64,000 nucleotides of DNA from an uncultured Gammaproteobacteria bacterium (GTDB lineage Bacteria; Pseudomonadota; Gammaproteobacteria; Steroidobacterales; Rariloculaceae), in NCBI GenBank assembly GCA_963742115.1, contig CAVUKQ010000015.1, forward strand, positions 265,457 to 329,456, given 5' to 3'. A program made the translations under genes and the position numbers. The notes under the pieces are model-generated. The model was given only the letters and a program-made list of their open reading frames with translations, searched no databases and was not told the DNA's origin. Within the stretch, counting starts at the first letter, position 1. The number at the start of each line of letters is the position of its first letter. Shown here piece after piece: positions 18,933 to 29,808 of the stretch.

Positions 18933-20087
18933 ATGAAGCTCAGCACGGACCGGATACTCACGACGCACGTCGGCAGCCTCCCGCGCGGGGCCGCGGTGCT
19001 CGACCTCCTCTATAAAAAGGAGAATGGCGAGCCCTACGACACCGGCAAGCTCGACGCCGCAGTCACTGCCGCCGTGAGCGACGTAGTGCACAAGCAGGTC
19101 GCAACCGGCGTAGACATCGTCAGCGACGGCGAAGCGAGCAAGGTCGGGTACGCCACCTACGTCAAGGACCGCATGTCGGGATTCGCGGGACATCACCCTC
19201 GACCGCCCCATCTCGACCTCGCCCCGTATCCCGAGTTTCGCGACGCGATGGTCCGAATGATGGGAAAGCAGACGTTCAAGCGCGCGGGCTGCGTCGGGCC
19301 CGTGGAGCTCGTCGATCGCGAGGCGATGCAGAAGGACATCGCGAACTTGCGCACCGCGATCGAAGAGCATCACGCTCACGACGCGTTCATGAACGCCGCG
19401 TCGCCCGGTGTGATCTCGGCGTTCCAATCGAACCACTACTACCGCACGCACGAGGAATACGTCGACGCGGTCGCGGCCGCGATGAAGCCCGAATACGACG
19501 CGGTCGCCGCCGCCGGGTTCGTGCTGCAGATCGACTGCCCGGACCTCGCGATGGCGAGGCACACGGGCTTCCAAGAGCTTAGCGAGAAGGAGTTCCTCGA
19601 GCGCGCCGAATACCAGGTCGAGGCGTTGAACCACGCGGTGCGCGACGTGCCCGCTGGCCTCATGCGCATGCACATCTGCTGGGGCAACTACGAGGGCCCT
19701 CACGACCACGACATCGCGCTCGAGAAGATCTTGCGGATCGTTCTCAAGGCGAAGCCGGCGGGCATCCTGTTCGAGGCTGCGAATCCGCGCCACCGCCATG
19801 AGTGGGCAATCTGGCAGGATGCGCCGCTGCCCGAGGACAAGGTCCTGATCCCGGGCTGCATTTCGTCGACGTCGAACTACGTCGAGCACCCCGAGCTCAT
19901 CGCTCAGCAGCTCGTGCAGTACGCGAACATGGTCGGCCGGGAGCGCGTGATCGCGGGCACCGACTGCGGGTTCGGCTCGTTCGCAGGTTTGAGCCGCGTC
20001 GACCCGGGCATCGTCTACAAGAAGCTCGGCGCACTCGTCGAAGGGGCCGAGCGCGCGTCGCGGCAGCTCTGGGGGAGGGCGCGTTAA
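18933..20087 (+). CDS. Cobalamin-independent methionine synthase II (MetE C-terminal-like) family protein
   Basis: Starts MKLSTDRILTTHVGSLPR with a GAGGGA Shine-Dalgarno. 384 aa. C-terminal HICWGNYEGPH and GTDCGF zinc-ligand-type motifs. Confidence 0.75.
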   Translation: MKLSTDRILTTHVGSLPRGAAVLDLLYKKENGEPYDTGKLDAAVTAAVSDVVHKQVATGVDIVSDGEASKVGYATYVKDRMSGFAGHHPRPPHLDLAPYPEFRDAMVRMMGKQTFKRAGCVGPVELVDREAMQKDIANLRTAIEEHHAHDAFMNAASPGVISAFQSNHYYRTHEEYVDAVAAAMKPEYDAVAAAGFVLQIDCPDLAMARHTGFQELSEKEFLERAEYQVEALNHAVRDVPAGLMRMHICWGNYEGPHDHDIALEKILRIVLKAKPAGILFEAANPRHRHEWAIWQDAPLPEDKVLIPGCISSTSNYVEHPELIAQQLVQYANMVGRERVIAGTDCGFGSFAGLSRVDPGIVYKKLGALVEGAERASRQLWGRAR

Positions 20088-21076
20088 GTCAGGTACGGGC
20101 GCGTGAGCTCCTCGGAGACCTGCCACAACTTCGCGGCCATTGCCGGATCCTTTTGATAGTCGCTCTGCTCCGCGGGGTTGCAGTCCGCGAAGTACTGGCC
20201 AGTAACCCGCGCGAGCGCGGGGCTGCTCGCGAGGTAGCAGCTCGTCGCGGCGCCGCGCGCGGGCGGCTCGAACTGGAACCCGCCGCCACCGCCGCCGCCC
20301 GGGCGCGGCGCAGCGCCAGCCGGCGGCGTGAGATTCCGCATGATGTTCGTCTGCACCACTCCGGGGTGCAGCGAGTTCGATGTAGCCTTGGTAGCGGCGA
20401 GCCGCTTCGACAGCTCGAGCGAGAACAAACCGTTCGCGAGCTTCGAGTGGCCGTACGACTGTCGCTCCCAGCCGTTGCCCGAGAGATTGTCGAACTGGAT
20501 GCCTCCCGGTGGCACCTGGCGATGCGCGACGCTGCCCACGACCACGACGCGGCCCTGCGGAGCCGCCGTCACGCGATCGAGCAACCGGTTCGCGAGAATG
20601 AAATGCCCGAGATGGTTCACGACAAACTGAATCTCCATGCCGCGCGCTTGCTGCAGGTCCATGAGCAACATGCCCGCGTTGCAAATCAGCACGTCCACAG
20701 CCACGTCCAACGCACGGATCTCGCGCGCGCACGCGACCACCGAATCGAAATCGCTGAGCTCGAGCACGACGGGAGTCGCGCTGCCTTGCACGCTCGCACA
20801 CGCCTCTTGGCCGCGCTCTAGCGTGCGCGCCGTACCGATGACGTGCGCGCCGCGCAGCGCGAGCACGCGCATCGTCTCGAGGCCGATGCCGGAGTTGCAG
20901 CCCGTGACCACGACGGTTTTGCCCGTGAGGTCGATGCCGGCCGTGACTTCCTCGGCGGTCGCATCGGCTGTGAAGGTGCTGCGCGGAGCGTCCTGCGCGG
21001 ATGCCTTGCCGAAATACGACGCGAGCGCCAACAGCGCACTTCTCTCGATGAATCGGCGGCGATTCAGCTCGTCCAT
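20084..21076 (-). CDS. SDR-family oxidoreductase with a Tat-type signal
   Basis: The N-terminus RRRFIERSALLALASYFGKASA is a twin-arginine signal. TGCNSGIG cofactor motif and YGHSK catalytic motif. Gly-rich insert PGGGGGGGFQFEPP. Confidence 0.8.
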   Translation of the reverse strand: MDELNRRRFIERSALLALASYFGKASAQDAPRSTFTADATAEEVTAGIDLTGKTVVVTGCNSGIGLETMRVLALRGAHVIGTARTLERGQEACASVQGSATPVVLELSDFDSVVACAREIRALDVAVDVLICNAGMLLMDLQQARGMEIQFVVNHLGHFILANRLLDRVTAAPQGRVVVVGSVAHRQVPPGGIQFDNLSGNGWERQSYGHSKLANGLFSLELSKRLAATKATSNSLHPGVVQTNIMRNLTPPAGAAPRPGGGGGGGFQFEPPARGAATSCYLASSPALARVTGQYFADCNPAEQSDYQKDPAMAAKLWQVSEELTRPYLT

Positions 21077-21091
21077 GATCTTCCCCCCGGC

Positions 21092-21625
21092 CTAGGAACG
21101 ACGGAGGAGTTGATCGAGTGCGGTGCGCACCTGCTGATCCCAGAGCTCGGCGACCGATTTGCCTGCGGGCAGATCGGTCCACGGACGGCGGTACGCTACC
21201 GTCCCGGCGCCGTCGACGATCAACAGCCCGGGAATGTATTGGATCCCATACGACTGTGCGATCGCGTCGCCGTTCGCGACGGCGATCGGCGCAAAGCCGA
21301 GGCCTTGCACGTACGCCTTCGGATCGCCGCGGCCGTCTTCCTTCGCGTTGATCGCGACGATCTTTACGCCCTGCGCCGCGTAGTCCGCTTGAATGCCTTT
21401 GAGATACGGCATGAACGCACGGCAGTACGGACACCAGGTGGCCCAGAACACGACGACTACGGGCTTACCTTCTCCGACGGCTGGGAAGTCGACCGGTCGG
21501 CCCGAGAAATCGGCCGCGTGCCACGCCGGCGCGCGGTCGCCCTGCTCCACCGCGGATGCGGCTGACGACAGGGCAGCGGAACAAAGCGCCACGAGCGCCA
21601 TGAGCGCGGCAATTCGAAATCGCAT
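21092..21625 (-). CDS. TlpA-like periplasmic thiol:disulfide oxidoreductase (redoxin)
   Basis: Signal peptide MRFRIAALMALVALCSAAL, motif VVFWATWCPYCRAFMP. A GAGGAG Shine-Dalgarno precedes the ATG at 21625. Confidence 0.8.
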   Translation of the reverse strand: MRFRIAALMALVALCSAALSSAASAVEQGDRAPAWHAADFSGRPVDFPAVGEGKPVVVVFWATWCPYCRAFMPYLKGIQADYAAQGVKIVAINAKEDGRGDPKAYVQGLGFAPIAVANGDAIAQSYGIQYIPGLLIVDGAGTVAYRRPWTDLPAGKSVAELWDQQVRTALDQLLRRS

Positions 21626-21733
21626 GAGCAACTCCTCGTTCTCGATACGGGGCATTATAGGAAATCCGGCGCCGCGGGACCTCGGCGGTGAGATCGCCGT
21701 TCGGATCTCGGGCTAGAAGCGCGCGGGGGCTGG

Positions 21734-22573
21734 CTATTGGGGGGTCTTGTACAACGGATCGTTCTGCAGCAGTTTCTCGAACCGCGCGATGTCCTCGTTG
21801 TTCTCGATGCACTCGTACTCGCGGATGCGCTCGTTCGGCCGGAGACGGAAGCTCTCTTCCATGTGCCACGGCTTGTTGAAGACCACGGGGTCCTCCATCG
21901 TTACCTGGTAACGAATCGTGTCGTAAGTGTCCCGCGTGTAGCGCTCGGTCACGTGCAGCTGCTCGCTGTGGATCGTGCCCACGCCCGCGAGCCAGGTCTT
22001 GTCGTTGAAGCTCGTGACGTCGACGACGAGTGTGTCCCCTTCCCAGTGTCCGATCGAATCCCCGAGATACGACGGTTCGGCGTCGTCCGGGTGCGGTGTG
22101 CCGTCGGTCGGGATGATCCGAAACGCGTGGTGGATCTCGTAGAGAATGATCACGCGGTCGGGCAGCTGGACGAACTCGAGAGGCAGCGGCCGGTATTGGA
22201 TCCGCGGCACCCCAGTGAGCAGGCAACGGCCCATCGGGTCGTCGATACCTCGGCGCGCAAGGTACTCCTGGCGCTTCGCTTCGGCCTCGGGCTTGTACGG
22301 CGCCGGCTCTGCGGCCGGCGGCGCACGGCCTAGCGCCACGTCTTCCGCGCGCGCCGCGGCGAGTGCTTCCTCGCCTTCGAAGAGCGGTAGCGCGCTCGTG
22401 AGAATCCAGACTCCCGAGAGATCCGGCTTACCGTTCGCGGCGCGTGGCGCGGGCTTTACCGCGGCCGCCGGCGGCTTCGCCGCTGTCGCAGCGGGCTGCG
22501 CGCGGACGGGGGCGGCGAGCTCCAAAACGGCGAACGTCGCAATCGCGAGCGACGCCATGTCGATGCGTTTCAT
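21734..22573 (-). CDS. Secreted hypothetical protein (279 aa)
   Basis: Starts MKRIDMASLAIATFAVLELAAPVRA with a GAGGAG Shine-Dalgarno. No family recognised. It is immediately downstream of the DUF6152-like gene. Confidence 0.6.
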   Translation of the reverse strand: MKRIDMASLAIATFAVLELAAPVRAQPAATAAKPPAAAVKPAPRAANGKPDLSGVWILTSALPLFEGEEALAAARAEDVALGRAPPAAEPAPYKPEAEAKRQEYLARRGIDDPMGRCLLTGVPRIQYRPLPLEFVQLPDRVIILYEIHHAFRIIPTDGTPHPDDAEPSYLGDSIGHWEGDTLVVDVTSFNDKTWLAGVGTIHSEQLHVTERYTRDTYDTIRYQVTMEDPVVFNKPWHMEESFRLRPNERIREYECIENNEDIARFEKLLQNDPLYKTPQ

Positions 22574-22608
22574 TGGGGCTCCTCGCGAGTGGCTGCGTGA
22601 AATCGAAA

Positions 22609-23007
22609 CTACCGGCCGCCCGTGCCGGCCGGGGGCCCGGCCGCGAGCTTGCGGCCGTCGGCGAACGTCACGTTGCGAACGGCGCCGAGGTTCGGCTCGC
22701 TGCGCGCGAGCCAGCCCGTGACGGTGACGTCGTCGCCGACCTTCATCGTCACGTCTTTCTGCCAGCCCTGCCGCACGAGCATATTCGGCGGGTAGCCTTC
22801 GAACCGCCAACGCGTGAGCTTGCCGTCGTCGCCTTTGACGTCGATTACGAAGTGCATGTGCGGGTTCGCCCACTCGATGCCCGCAACGCTGCCCGACACC
22901 GTGAACGGCTTTTCGCTGTCGAAACCGGCGGCGAACGAATGATGCGCCTCGGCGCGCGCGAGCAAGAGAACGGCGGCCGACGCGACTGCCGCGATGCGGA
23001 TGTTCAT
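22609..23007 (-). CDS. DUF6152-like small secreted protein
   Basis: Signal peptide followed directly by AHHSFAAGFD, about 130 aa. The family assignment is from memory. Confidence 0.55.
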   Translation of the reverse strand: MNIRIAAVASAAVLLLARAEAHHSFAAGFDSEKPFTVSGSVAGIEWANPHMHFVIDVKGDDGKLTRWRFEGYPPNMLVRQGWQKDVTMKVGDDVTVTGWLARSEPNLGAVRNVTFADGRKLAAGPPAGTGGR

Positions 23008-23191
23008 GATTCCCCCCCGGCGCATGGATCCCATTCAGATTGCGGATTATCGTGACGCTCGGAACGAGGCTTCAAGTAATGGACCCGATAACTACAAGTT
23101 CGCGGACGCCACCCGCCACCTCCGGCACGCGCCGTCGCCGCGGGGTTGCGGTACGATCGCCCGACCATCACCGCCGCTCAGGAGCACGAAG

Positions 23192-23762
23192 ATGATCCGC
23201 AGCAGTCGCAAGTCACGATGGACTCTCCGTAGGAACGCTCGTAGTAGCCGCAGCCGCCGCGCTCGTGCTGCCGGGCACCGGCCCTATCCGCGCGCAGCAA
23301 ACGGCCGCACAGAAGCCGCTCCCTGAAGGGTACATGCGGCAAGGGCCCGTGCAGCCCGGGCTCGCACCGAAGATGACGTACGAGGAAAAAACGGCCGCTG
23401 CGCACGTCTTCGAGGTGCGCTTCAGCACCGGCGACGAGATCCTCTCGGGGCTCTACGACCTCGTCGCGAAGCATCACATCACTTCGGGCCACATCACGGG
23501 CATCGGCGGACTCGCGCCCGGTGCGCTGCTCGGCTGGGGGGATCCCGACGTCGGCGGGTTCAAGAAGATCGAGATCAAAGACAAGACCGAAATCGTCTCG
23601 CTGATCGGAGACATCTCGATGCGCAACGACGCGCCGTACGTGCACGTGCACATGATCGTCGGGTCAGCCGACGGCTCGACCAAAGCGGGCCACCTGATCG
23701 AGGCGCACATCGCGCCGGTGGGCGAGCTCACCGTCGTCGCGACGACCCTGGCCGCACACTGA
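23192..23762 (+). CDS. PPC (DUF296) domain protein with predicted signal peptide, probably frameshifted near its 5' end
   Basis: The PPC domain runs AAHVFEVRFSTGDEILSGL...APYVHVHMIVGSADGSTKAGHL. An AGGAG Shine-Dalgarno plus ATG at 23192 gives MIRSSRKSR. The hydrophobic core LSVGTLVVAAAAALVLP is in the next frame, with the break at about 23218. The span is 571 nt, which is 3n+1. Confidence 0.6.
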
Positions 23763-23899
23763 CCATGGCCCGCGGCCCCGCGTAGCAGCGCTCCCGCAGC
23801 GGGCGGGCGTAGTACCCGTGGCGGCTGTCGAAGTCACGATGTCCGAAATCGTCGGATCTGTGACCGTTCTGCCATCGCGTCCAATGGCAAGATGGGCTC

Positions 23900-24899
23900 A
23901 TGAACAATCACAGCAGACCTAAGCGACGGCGTATCGGTTTCTTTCTCTTCGACGGCGTCACCGCGCTCGACCTCACGGGCCCAGCCGAGGCGTTCGCGTG
24001 CGCCGCGTTCCCCGAAAGCGGCAAACCGGCCTACGAAGTGCTGACGATCGGCGTGTCACGCCGCGCATGCGTCAGCGAATCCGGCGTGGCGCTGACGCCG
24101 TCGTGCACGATCGGCGACGCGCCCGGGCTCGATACGCTGATAGTCCCAGGCGGCGCCGGGTTGCGCGAACCCGCGACGAATCGCAAGGCGAGCGAGTGGA
24201 TCACGCGGTGCGCGCCGCGCACCCGCAGGATCGCGTCCGTCTGCACGGGAATCTATGGGCTCGCGCCCACCGGCCTGCTCGACGGGCGGCGCGTCACGAC
24301 CCATTGGCGCTTCGCTGCCGACGTCGCGGCGCGGTTCCCGAAGCTCGACCTCGCTCCGGACGAGCTGTACGTGAAATCGGGTGACTTCTACACCGCGGCG
24401 GGCGTAACGGCTGGCATCGACTTGGCGCTCGCGCTGATCGAGGAGGACCTCGGCGGCGCTGCGTCGCTCGCGGTCGCCCGCGAGCTCGTCGTTTACGTGA
24501 AGCGCGACGGGGGCCAAGCGCAATTCTCCGAGCCGCTGCGCTTCCAGAGCTCGGCAAAGAACCGGATGTCCGAGCTCGCGGCGCACATTACCGCCAACTT
24601 GAAGCGCGACCTGCGCGTCGACGCGCTCGCGGACAAGATGGCGATCTCGCCGCGCCAATTCAGCCGGCAGTGCTGCGCGAGCTTCGGCTGCTCCCCGGCT
24701 GCCCTCGTGCGGCGGCTGCGGCTCGACGAGGCCCGCCGCAGGCTGCACGCGCGCGCCGGCGCGATCGAGCTCGTCGCGAGCTCTGTCGGGTTCAGCAGCG
24801 CGGACGCGTTCCGCCGCGCGTTCGAGCAGGAGTTCGGGATCAATCCGTCGAAGTATCGCGCGCGCTTCCTCGCGCCTGCGCAAACCGCTCGGCCGCTGA
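23900..24899 (+). CDS. GlxA-family transcriptional regulator (DJ-1/PfpI domain plus AraC HTH)
   Basis: N-terminal RIGFFLFDGVTALDLTGP...SVCTGIYGLA and C-terminal AraC HTH (...AFRRAFEQEFGINPSKYRARF). As given, the ORF runs on to 25162 with a 90-aa Arg/Pro tail. A +1 shift just after YRARF would stop at TGA 24897-24899, giving 1000 nt (3n+1) and a typical 332 aa. The 3' end is therefore inferred. Confidence 0.65.
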
Positions 24900-25228
24900 A
24901 AGGCGGCCGTGCCCGCCGCGCGCCCGACCCACGCCGGCGGACCGCCGCCTGGTCGTGCTGGCGGCCGCTGCGGCGGCCGGGGGGGTCGCGCAGGGGGCCC
25001 CCCGTCCTGCGGCTTCGCGCGGGGGATTCGCGCGGCGGGCTCGATCCGCCCGTCAAGTGTCCGCTCGATTCGAGCTCGGAACGCGCTGGAACCGCGTCCC
25101 GCGCGAGAAATCCGGAAATACAGGGCGCCTGCGGCTCGAAAAATCGTGGCAAATCTATATAGTGCTCGCCTTCGGGGCGCCAAGGGCGGCCCCCGCGGAC
25201 CCCTTTTACCCTTCGCGAGACCACGATT

Positions 25229-27356
25229 ATGGCCAGGCAGAAGCCACTCAAGCTTTACCGCAACATCGGCATCATTGCTCACATCGACGCGGGCAAGACC
25301 ACGACGACCGAGCGGGTGCTGTACTACACCGGCAAGAAGCACCAGATCATCGAGGTCCACGACACCAAGGACGGTAAGACCAGCACCACCACCGACTACC
25401 TGGAGCAGGAGCGCAAGCGCGGCATCACGATCCAGAGCGCGGCGGTGTCAGCCGAGTGGAAGGGCTATCAGATCAACCTGATCGACACGCCGGGACACGT
25501 CGACTTCACGATCGAAGTTAACCGGAGCCTCCGTGTGCTCGACGGCGCGGTAGTCGTGTTCGACGGCGTCGCGGGCGTGGAGCCGCAGACCGAGACGAAC
25601 TGGCGCCTCGCGAACCAGTACAACGTCCCGCGCCTCTGCTACGTGAACAAGATGGACCGCATCGGCGCGAACTTCACACATTGCGTGAAGGGGATCAAAG
25701 AACGGCTCAGCAACAAAGCCGTGGTCTGCCACGTTCCGTTCGGCAGCTCCGACGAGTTCGTCGGCATGGCGGACCTCGTCGCAGGCGTCGGCTACATCTG
25801 GAGCTCGGACGACAAGGACGCCGAGTGGGAGACGATCCCGCTCGAGCAGATCCCCGGCCGCTTCAAGTTTTCGACGACGGCGGACAACACGTGGATCGAG
25901 CGGATCCCGGAGCTCCGGCAAGGAGCTGCTCGAGCACGCGCTCGCGATGGACGAGGAAGCGTTCATGGAATTCGTCGAGCACGGCAAGTTCGATCCGACG
26001 AAACTCAAGGAGTGCATCCGTAAGGGCACGATCAGCGGCGAGTTCGTGCCGGTGTTCTGCGGCTCGTCGTTCAAGAACAAGGGCGTGCAGCAGCTGCTGG
26101 ACGCGGTCATCGACTACTTGCCGTTCCCCGGCGAGAACGGCGGCATTTCAATCGTCGACGTGGACGGCAAAGTGCTCGGCACGCAAGAGGTCAAGGACGA
26201 CGCGCCCGCGCGCGCACTCGCGTTCAAGGTCATCAACGACCAGTTCGGCACGCTCACGTTCGTGCGCGTCTACTCGGGCGTGATCAAGAAAAGCGACACG
26301 CTGCTCAACGTCACGCGCGACCGCAAGGAGCGCATCGGCCGCCTCGTGGAGGTCCAAGCGAACTCCACGAAGGACATCGAAGAAGCGCGCGCCGGCGATA
26401 TCTGCGCGTTCGTCTCGATGAAGGAAACCGAGACCGGCGACTCGCTGTCTTCGATGGACAAGCCCGCGCTGCTCGAGCGCATGCGGTTCCCGGACCCCGT
26501 CATCAGCGTCTCGGTCGAGCCGAAGACGCGCACCGACGTCGACAAGATGTCGACCGCGCTCTACAAGATGGTGAAGGCCGATCCGTCGCTGCGTCTCGAA
26601 GTGGACCAGGAGACGGGCCAGACGCTCTTGCGCGGCATGGGCGAGCTGCACCTCGAGGTCACGATCGACCGCATGCGCACGGAGCTCGGCGTCGAGGCGA
26701 ACATGGGCCGACCGCGCGTGAGCTTCCGCGAGGCGTTCGGCACGGTCGTCGAGCACGTCTATACGCACAAGAAGCAGTCCGGCGGCTCGGGTCAATACGC
26801 CGAGGTGAAGATGGTGTTCGAGCCGCTCGCGGCCGGCACCGGAGTCGAGTTCTCGGACGAGGTCGTGGGCGGCCGCATCCCGCGCGAGTTCATCCCGTCC
26901 GTCGAGCACGCGATCGTCACGGAGTGCAAGCGCGGCCAGGTGGCCGGCTACGAGGTCGTCGACTTCAAGGCGCGCCTGCTCGACGGCAAGTACCACGACG
27001 TCGACTCGTCCGCGCTCGCGTTCGAGATCGCGGGCCGCGCGTGCTTCCGCGAGGCGCACCGGATGAGCCGGCCGAAGCTGCTCGAGCCGATCATGAAGAT
27101 CGAGGTGGTCAGCGAGTCGGAGTACCTCGGCAACATCATCGGCGACATCAACCGGCGCCGCGGCCAAGTCACCGATCAGGGTCAGAAGGGCGCGCAAGTC
27201 ACCGTGGTCGGCTTCGTGCCGCTGTCCGAGATGTTCGGCTACATCAACTTCCTGCGCTCGAGCACGAGCGGCCGCGGCACGTTCACGATGGAGTTCGACC
27301 ACTACTCCGAAGTGCCGGCCGGAATGGTCGCGAAGCTCATGGAGAAGGAAGCCTAG
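25229..27356 (+). CDS. Elongation factor G paralog (divergent, not in an str operon), frameshifted in this sequence
   Basis: G1 [25 protein letters not shown], and domains II-V through the C-terminus. The frame breaks at about 25919: ...IPELR continues as [18 protein letters not shown]. The span is 2128 nt, which is 3n+1. Confidence 0.85.
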
Positions 27357-27428
27357 GCGCGCCGCCCCGCACGGGGCTCGTTCTCGTTTGGCTCGCGCCG
27401 CGCGCCGGCCGAGCCGTCGCGGCTGCGC

Positions 27429-28136
27429 TTACCGTTCGTTCAAGACCTTCGGCAAGTTGGGCGGGTTCTGGTGCGGCGTAATCATGAACCGCAGCAGCGT
27501 GCCATCCTTGGTCGTGAGGTGGATCTCGGCTTCCTGGCCGTTCGTCGTGAGCAGCTTCGGGGACGATGCGAGCACGTAGCCGCCGCCCTCGCGAACGTAG
27601 ATCTCCGTCGACAGCATGATGCCGTTCGTCTCGATCGTCGGCACGATCACCATGCGGACATGGTCGTCGATCGCGCGGAACGCGACGTTGTCGTTCGCTT
27701 CGGTGACGACCTGGCTTTCCTCGACGCGGCTGTCGTTCATCGACACGCCGACGTCTAGCATTACGACGTCGGCAAAGCCTTTGGTCGCGACGAACAGCGC
27801 GCCGGCCGCCGTAAGTGCCGCGGCCGCCGTACCCAGCATGGGCTTGGCGCGGAAGCGAAATCGTGACGCGGTGCGGGCTGCATAGACGGCGGGGTGCACG
27901 TGCTCGACGTTCGGCACCTCGGCCGCGGGTTCGGCGCGCACGATCCGCAAGCTCGCCACGTCGACCTCGAATACCGAGGCGAGAGCGCGCGCGGACTCGA
28001 ACGAGGCAGCGCCCGTCTTCTCGATGCGTTGAATAGTGCGGAGCCCGAGACCCGAGACGGTCGCGAGATGCTCCTGGCTCCAAGCGCGGCGCTCGCGCTC
28101 GGCTCTGATTCTCTTCGAGTCGACTTTCATGTCCAT
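27429..28136 (-). CDS. XRE-family HTH protein with a TM segment and an extracytoplasmic domain
   Basis: N-terminal HTH IRAERERRAWSQEHLATVSGLGLRTIQRIEKTG, central TM MLGTAAAALTAAGALFVA, and an approximately 110-aa C-terminal domain. Confidence 0.7.
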   Translation of the reverse strand: MDMKVDSKRIRAERERRAWSQEHLATVSGLGLRTIQRIEKTGAASFESARALASVFEVDVASLRIVRAEPAAEVPNVEHVHPAVYAARTASRFRFRAKPMLGTAAAALTAAGALFVATKGFADVVMLDVGVSMNDSRVEESQVVTEANDNVAFRAIDDHVRMVIVPTIETNGIMLSTEIYVREGGGYVLASSPKLLTTNGQEAEIHLTTKDGTLLRFMITPHQNPPNLPKVLNER

Positions 28137-28260
28137 CGGCGCTCTCCGATCCGGGAGAACGCTACCTTCGCGCGGGACGCCTCGATCCGCTACGAATTGA
28201 GGGCGCCACAGTTACGTCACAGCCCCGCCATGTGCCGGCGGCGGGGCGCCATTTCAAGCC

Positions 28261-29746
28261 TCAAGGCGCGGCGCAGCTCCAGTTTGCGGCATCCTTGAGG
28301 TCGCCCGAGCCGTCGTACTTCGCAGATTGCGGGTACGCGCAGATCGGCCGTTTGAGCCCCGAATCCGGGTTCGTGCCGAGCATCTGCGCGGGCGCGACGT
28401 CCTTCTCGCGCCACTGCTCGAGCGCCGTGATCGAGTCGAACGTATTGGGCCCGGGGCCGCCCCGGCAATGTTCCATGCCAGGCACGAGGAACAAGCGCAT
28501 CCAGTCGTCCTGCTTCGGACCCAGCTCGCGGATCACGCTCTCGTAGTACAGGACCGTGTTCTCGGGCGTGATTCCGTTGTCGCGCCAGCCGGCGTACAGC
28601 AACAACTTGCCGCCCTGCGCCTCGAACGCGCGCAAGTCGGGGTCGACAGCGTCGACGAAGCCCGCTTGCTTGTCGATCAGCGGCATGTCGCGATCGAGGT
28701 CGAAGTTGTGCCAATCGTAGCTCTCGTTCTGGAAGCCGAGGATTCGGACCGAGTCGAACGCGAACGGGTTCGGCGGGTCTTGCGAGCTCTTCATCGGCGG
28801 AATCGCCACGCCGTAGGCCTGCCCGGAGAAGATCAGCTCGCCCTTGCTGTTCTTGAGGCCACCGTAGTACGTCTGCACGGTCTTGAGCTCGCCCGGCGTG
28901 AGACAGGCTTCGCCGGACTTACCCGCCGCGCACGCGAGCGACGCGTAATTCGAACGAGCACTGACGCGGGTCGTTCAAGAAACCCTCGTGCAACGTGTCG
29001 CACTGCGCGAGCACGGCGTCGTTCACTAGCTTCGCCTTCGCCTCCGGGAGCGCCTCGTCTGGATTGCGCGCGAGCTCGATCGAGCGATACGCGCCCGCTG
29101 TGTGCATGTGGATGTGTCGGTTCGCGAGCGCGCCCGCGATGATGCCGTCGAAGTCGCCCGGATAGCGCTGCGCCGCCATCACGCCCTGCCGGCCACCCGT
29201 CGAGCACCCTTTGTAATACGAGTAGTCGAGCGGGGCCGCGTAGAACGCGTCGATGAGCCGCTTCGACTTCACCGTCATGTCGTGGATCGAGCGGAAAGCG
29301 AAGTCCGTGATCTTCTCGGGATGGCCGAGCGCGAACATGCCGGCCTGCCCGTCCGCCGCGGAATGGCCCGTGTCGGTGGCCGCCGTCGCGTAGCCCCGGC
29401 GCAGCGCTTCCTGCATATCGCCGTAGCCCTGGATCGCTCCGGCCCAGCCGCCGTTGCCGACCGCGAGGAACTTGCCGTTCCAGTTACTCGTCGGCAGCCA
29501 AAGCTCCACGTTGATGTTCGAATCGGGCGTCGGCTTCAACACCAGCGTCACTCGGCAATGCTCGGGGATCGGCTTCGCGGCCGGGGCGGCCGTGCCCCCG
29601 GGACCCGAGCCCGCGGGCGGCGTGAACACGCCGGCCGGGACGCTCGTCGCGGCGGTCACGGTCGCGCGCTCGAGCGCGACGCCCTGAAGCTGCTCGCACG
29701 GCATGTTGAGGCCGGCGGCGAGCGCGGTAACGAGTAGTCCGATCAT
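28261..29746 (-). CDS. Tannase/feruloyl-esterase-family alpha/beta hydrolase, frameshifted in this sequence
   Basis: Starts MIGLLVTALAAGLN with a GAGGGGG Shine-Dalgarno. Contains WNGKFLAVGNGGWAG and nucleophile YYKGCSTGGRQG. The break is at about 28951: ...DPRQCSF continues as YASLACAAGKSGEACLTPGELKTVQTYYGG in ORF 28261..28878. The span is 1486 nt, which is 3n+1. Confidence 0.8.
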
Positions 29747-29808
29747 GGCGGTTCCCCCTCTTGTTATGCGGCGCGCGGATCGGTTCCGGCGAGGGAAACA
29801 GGATAGCG

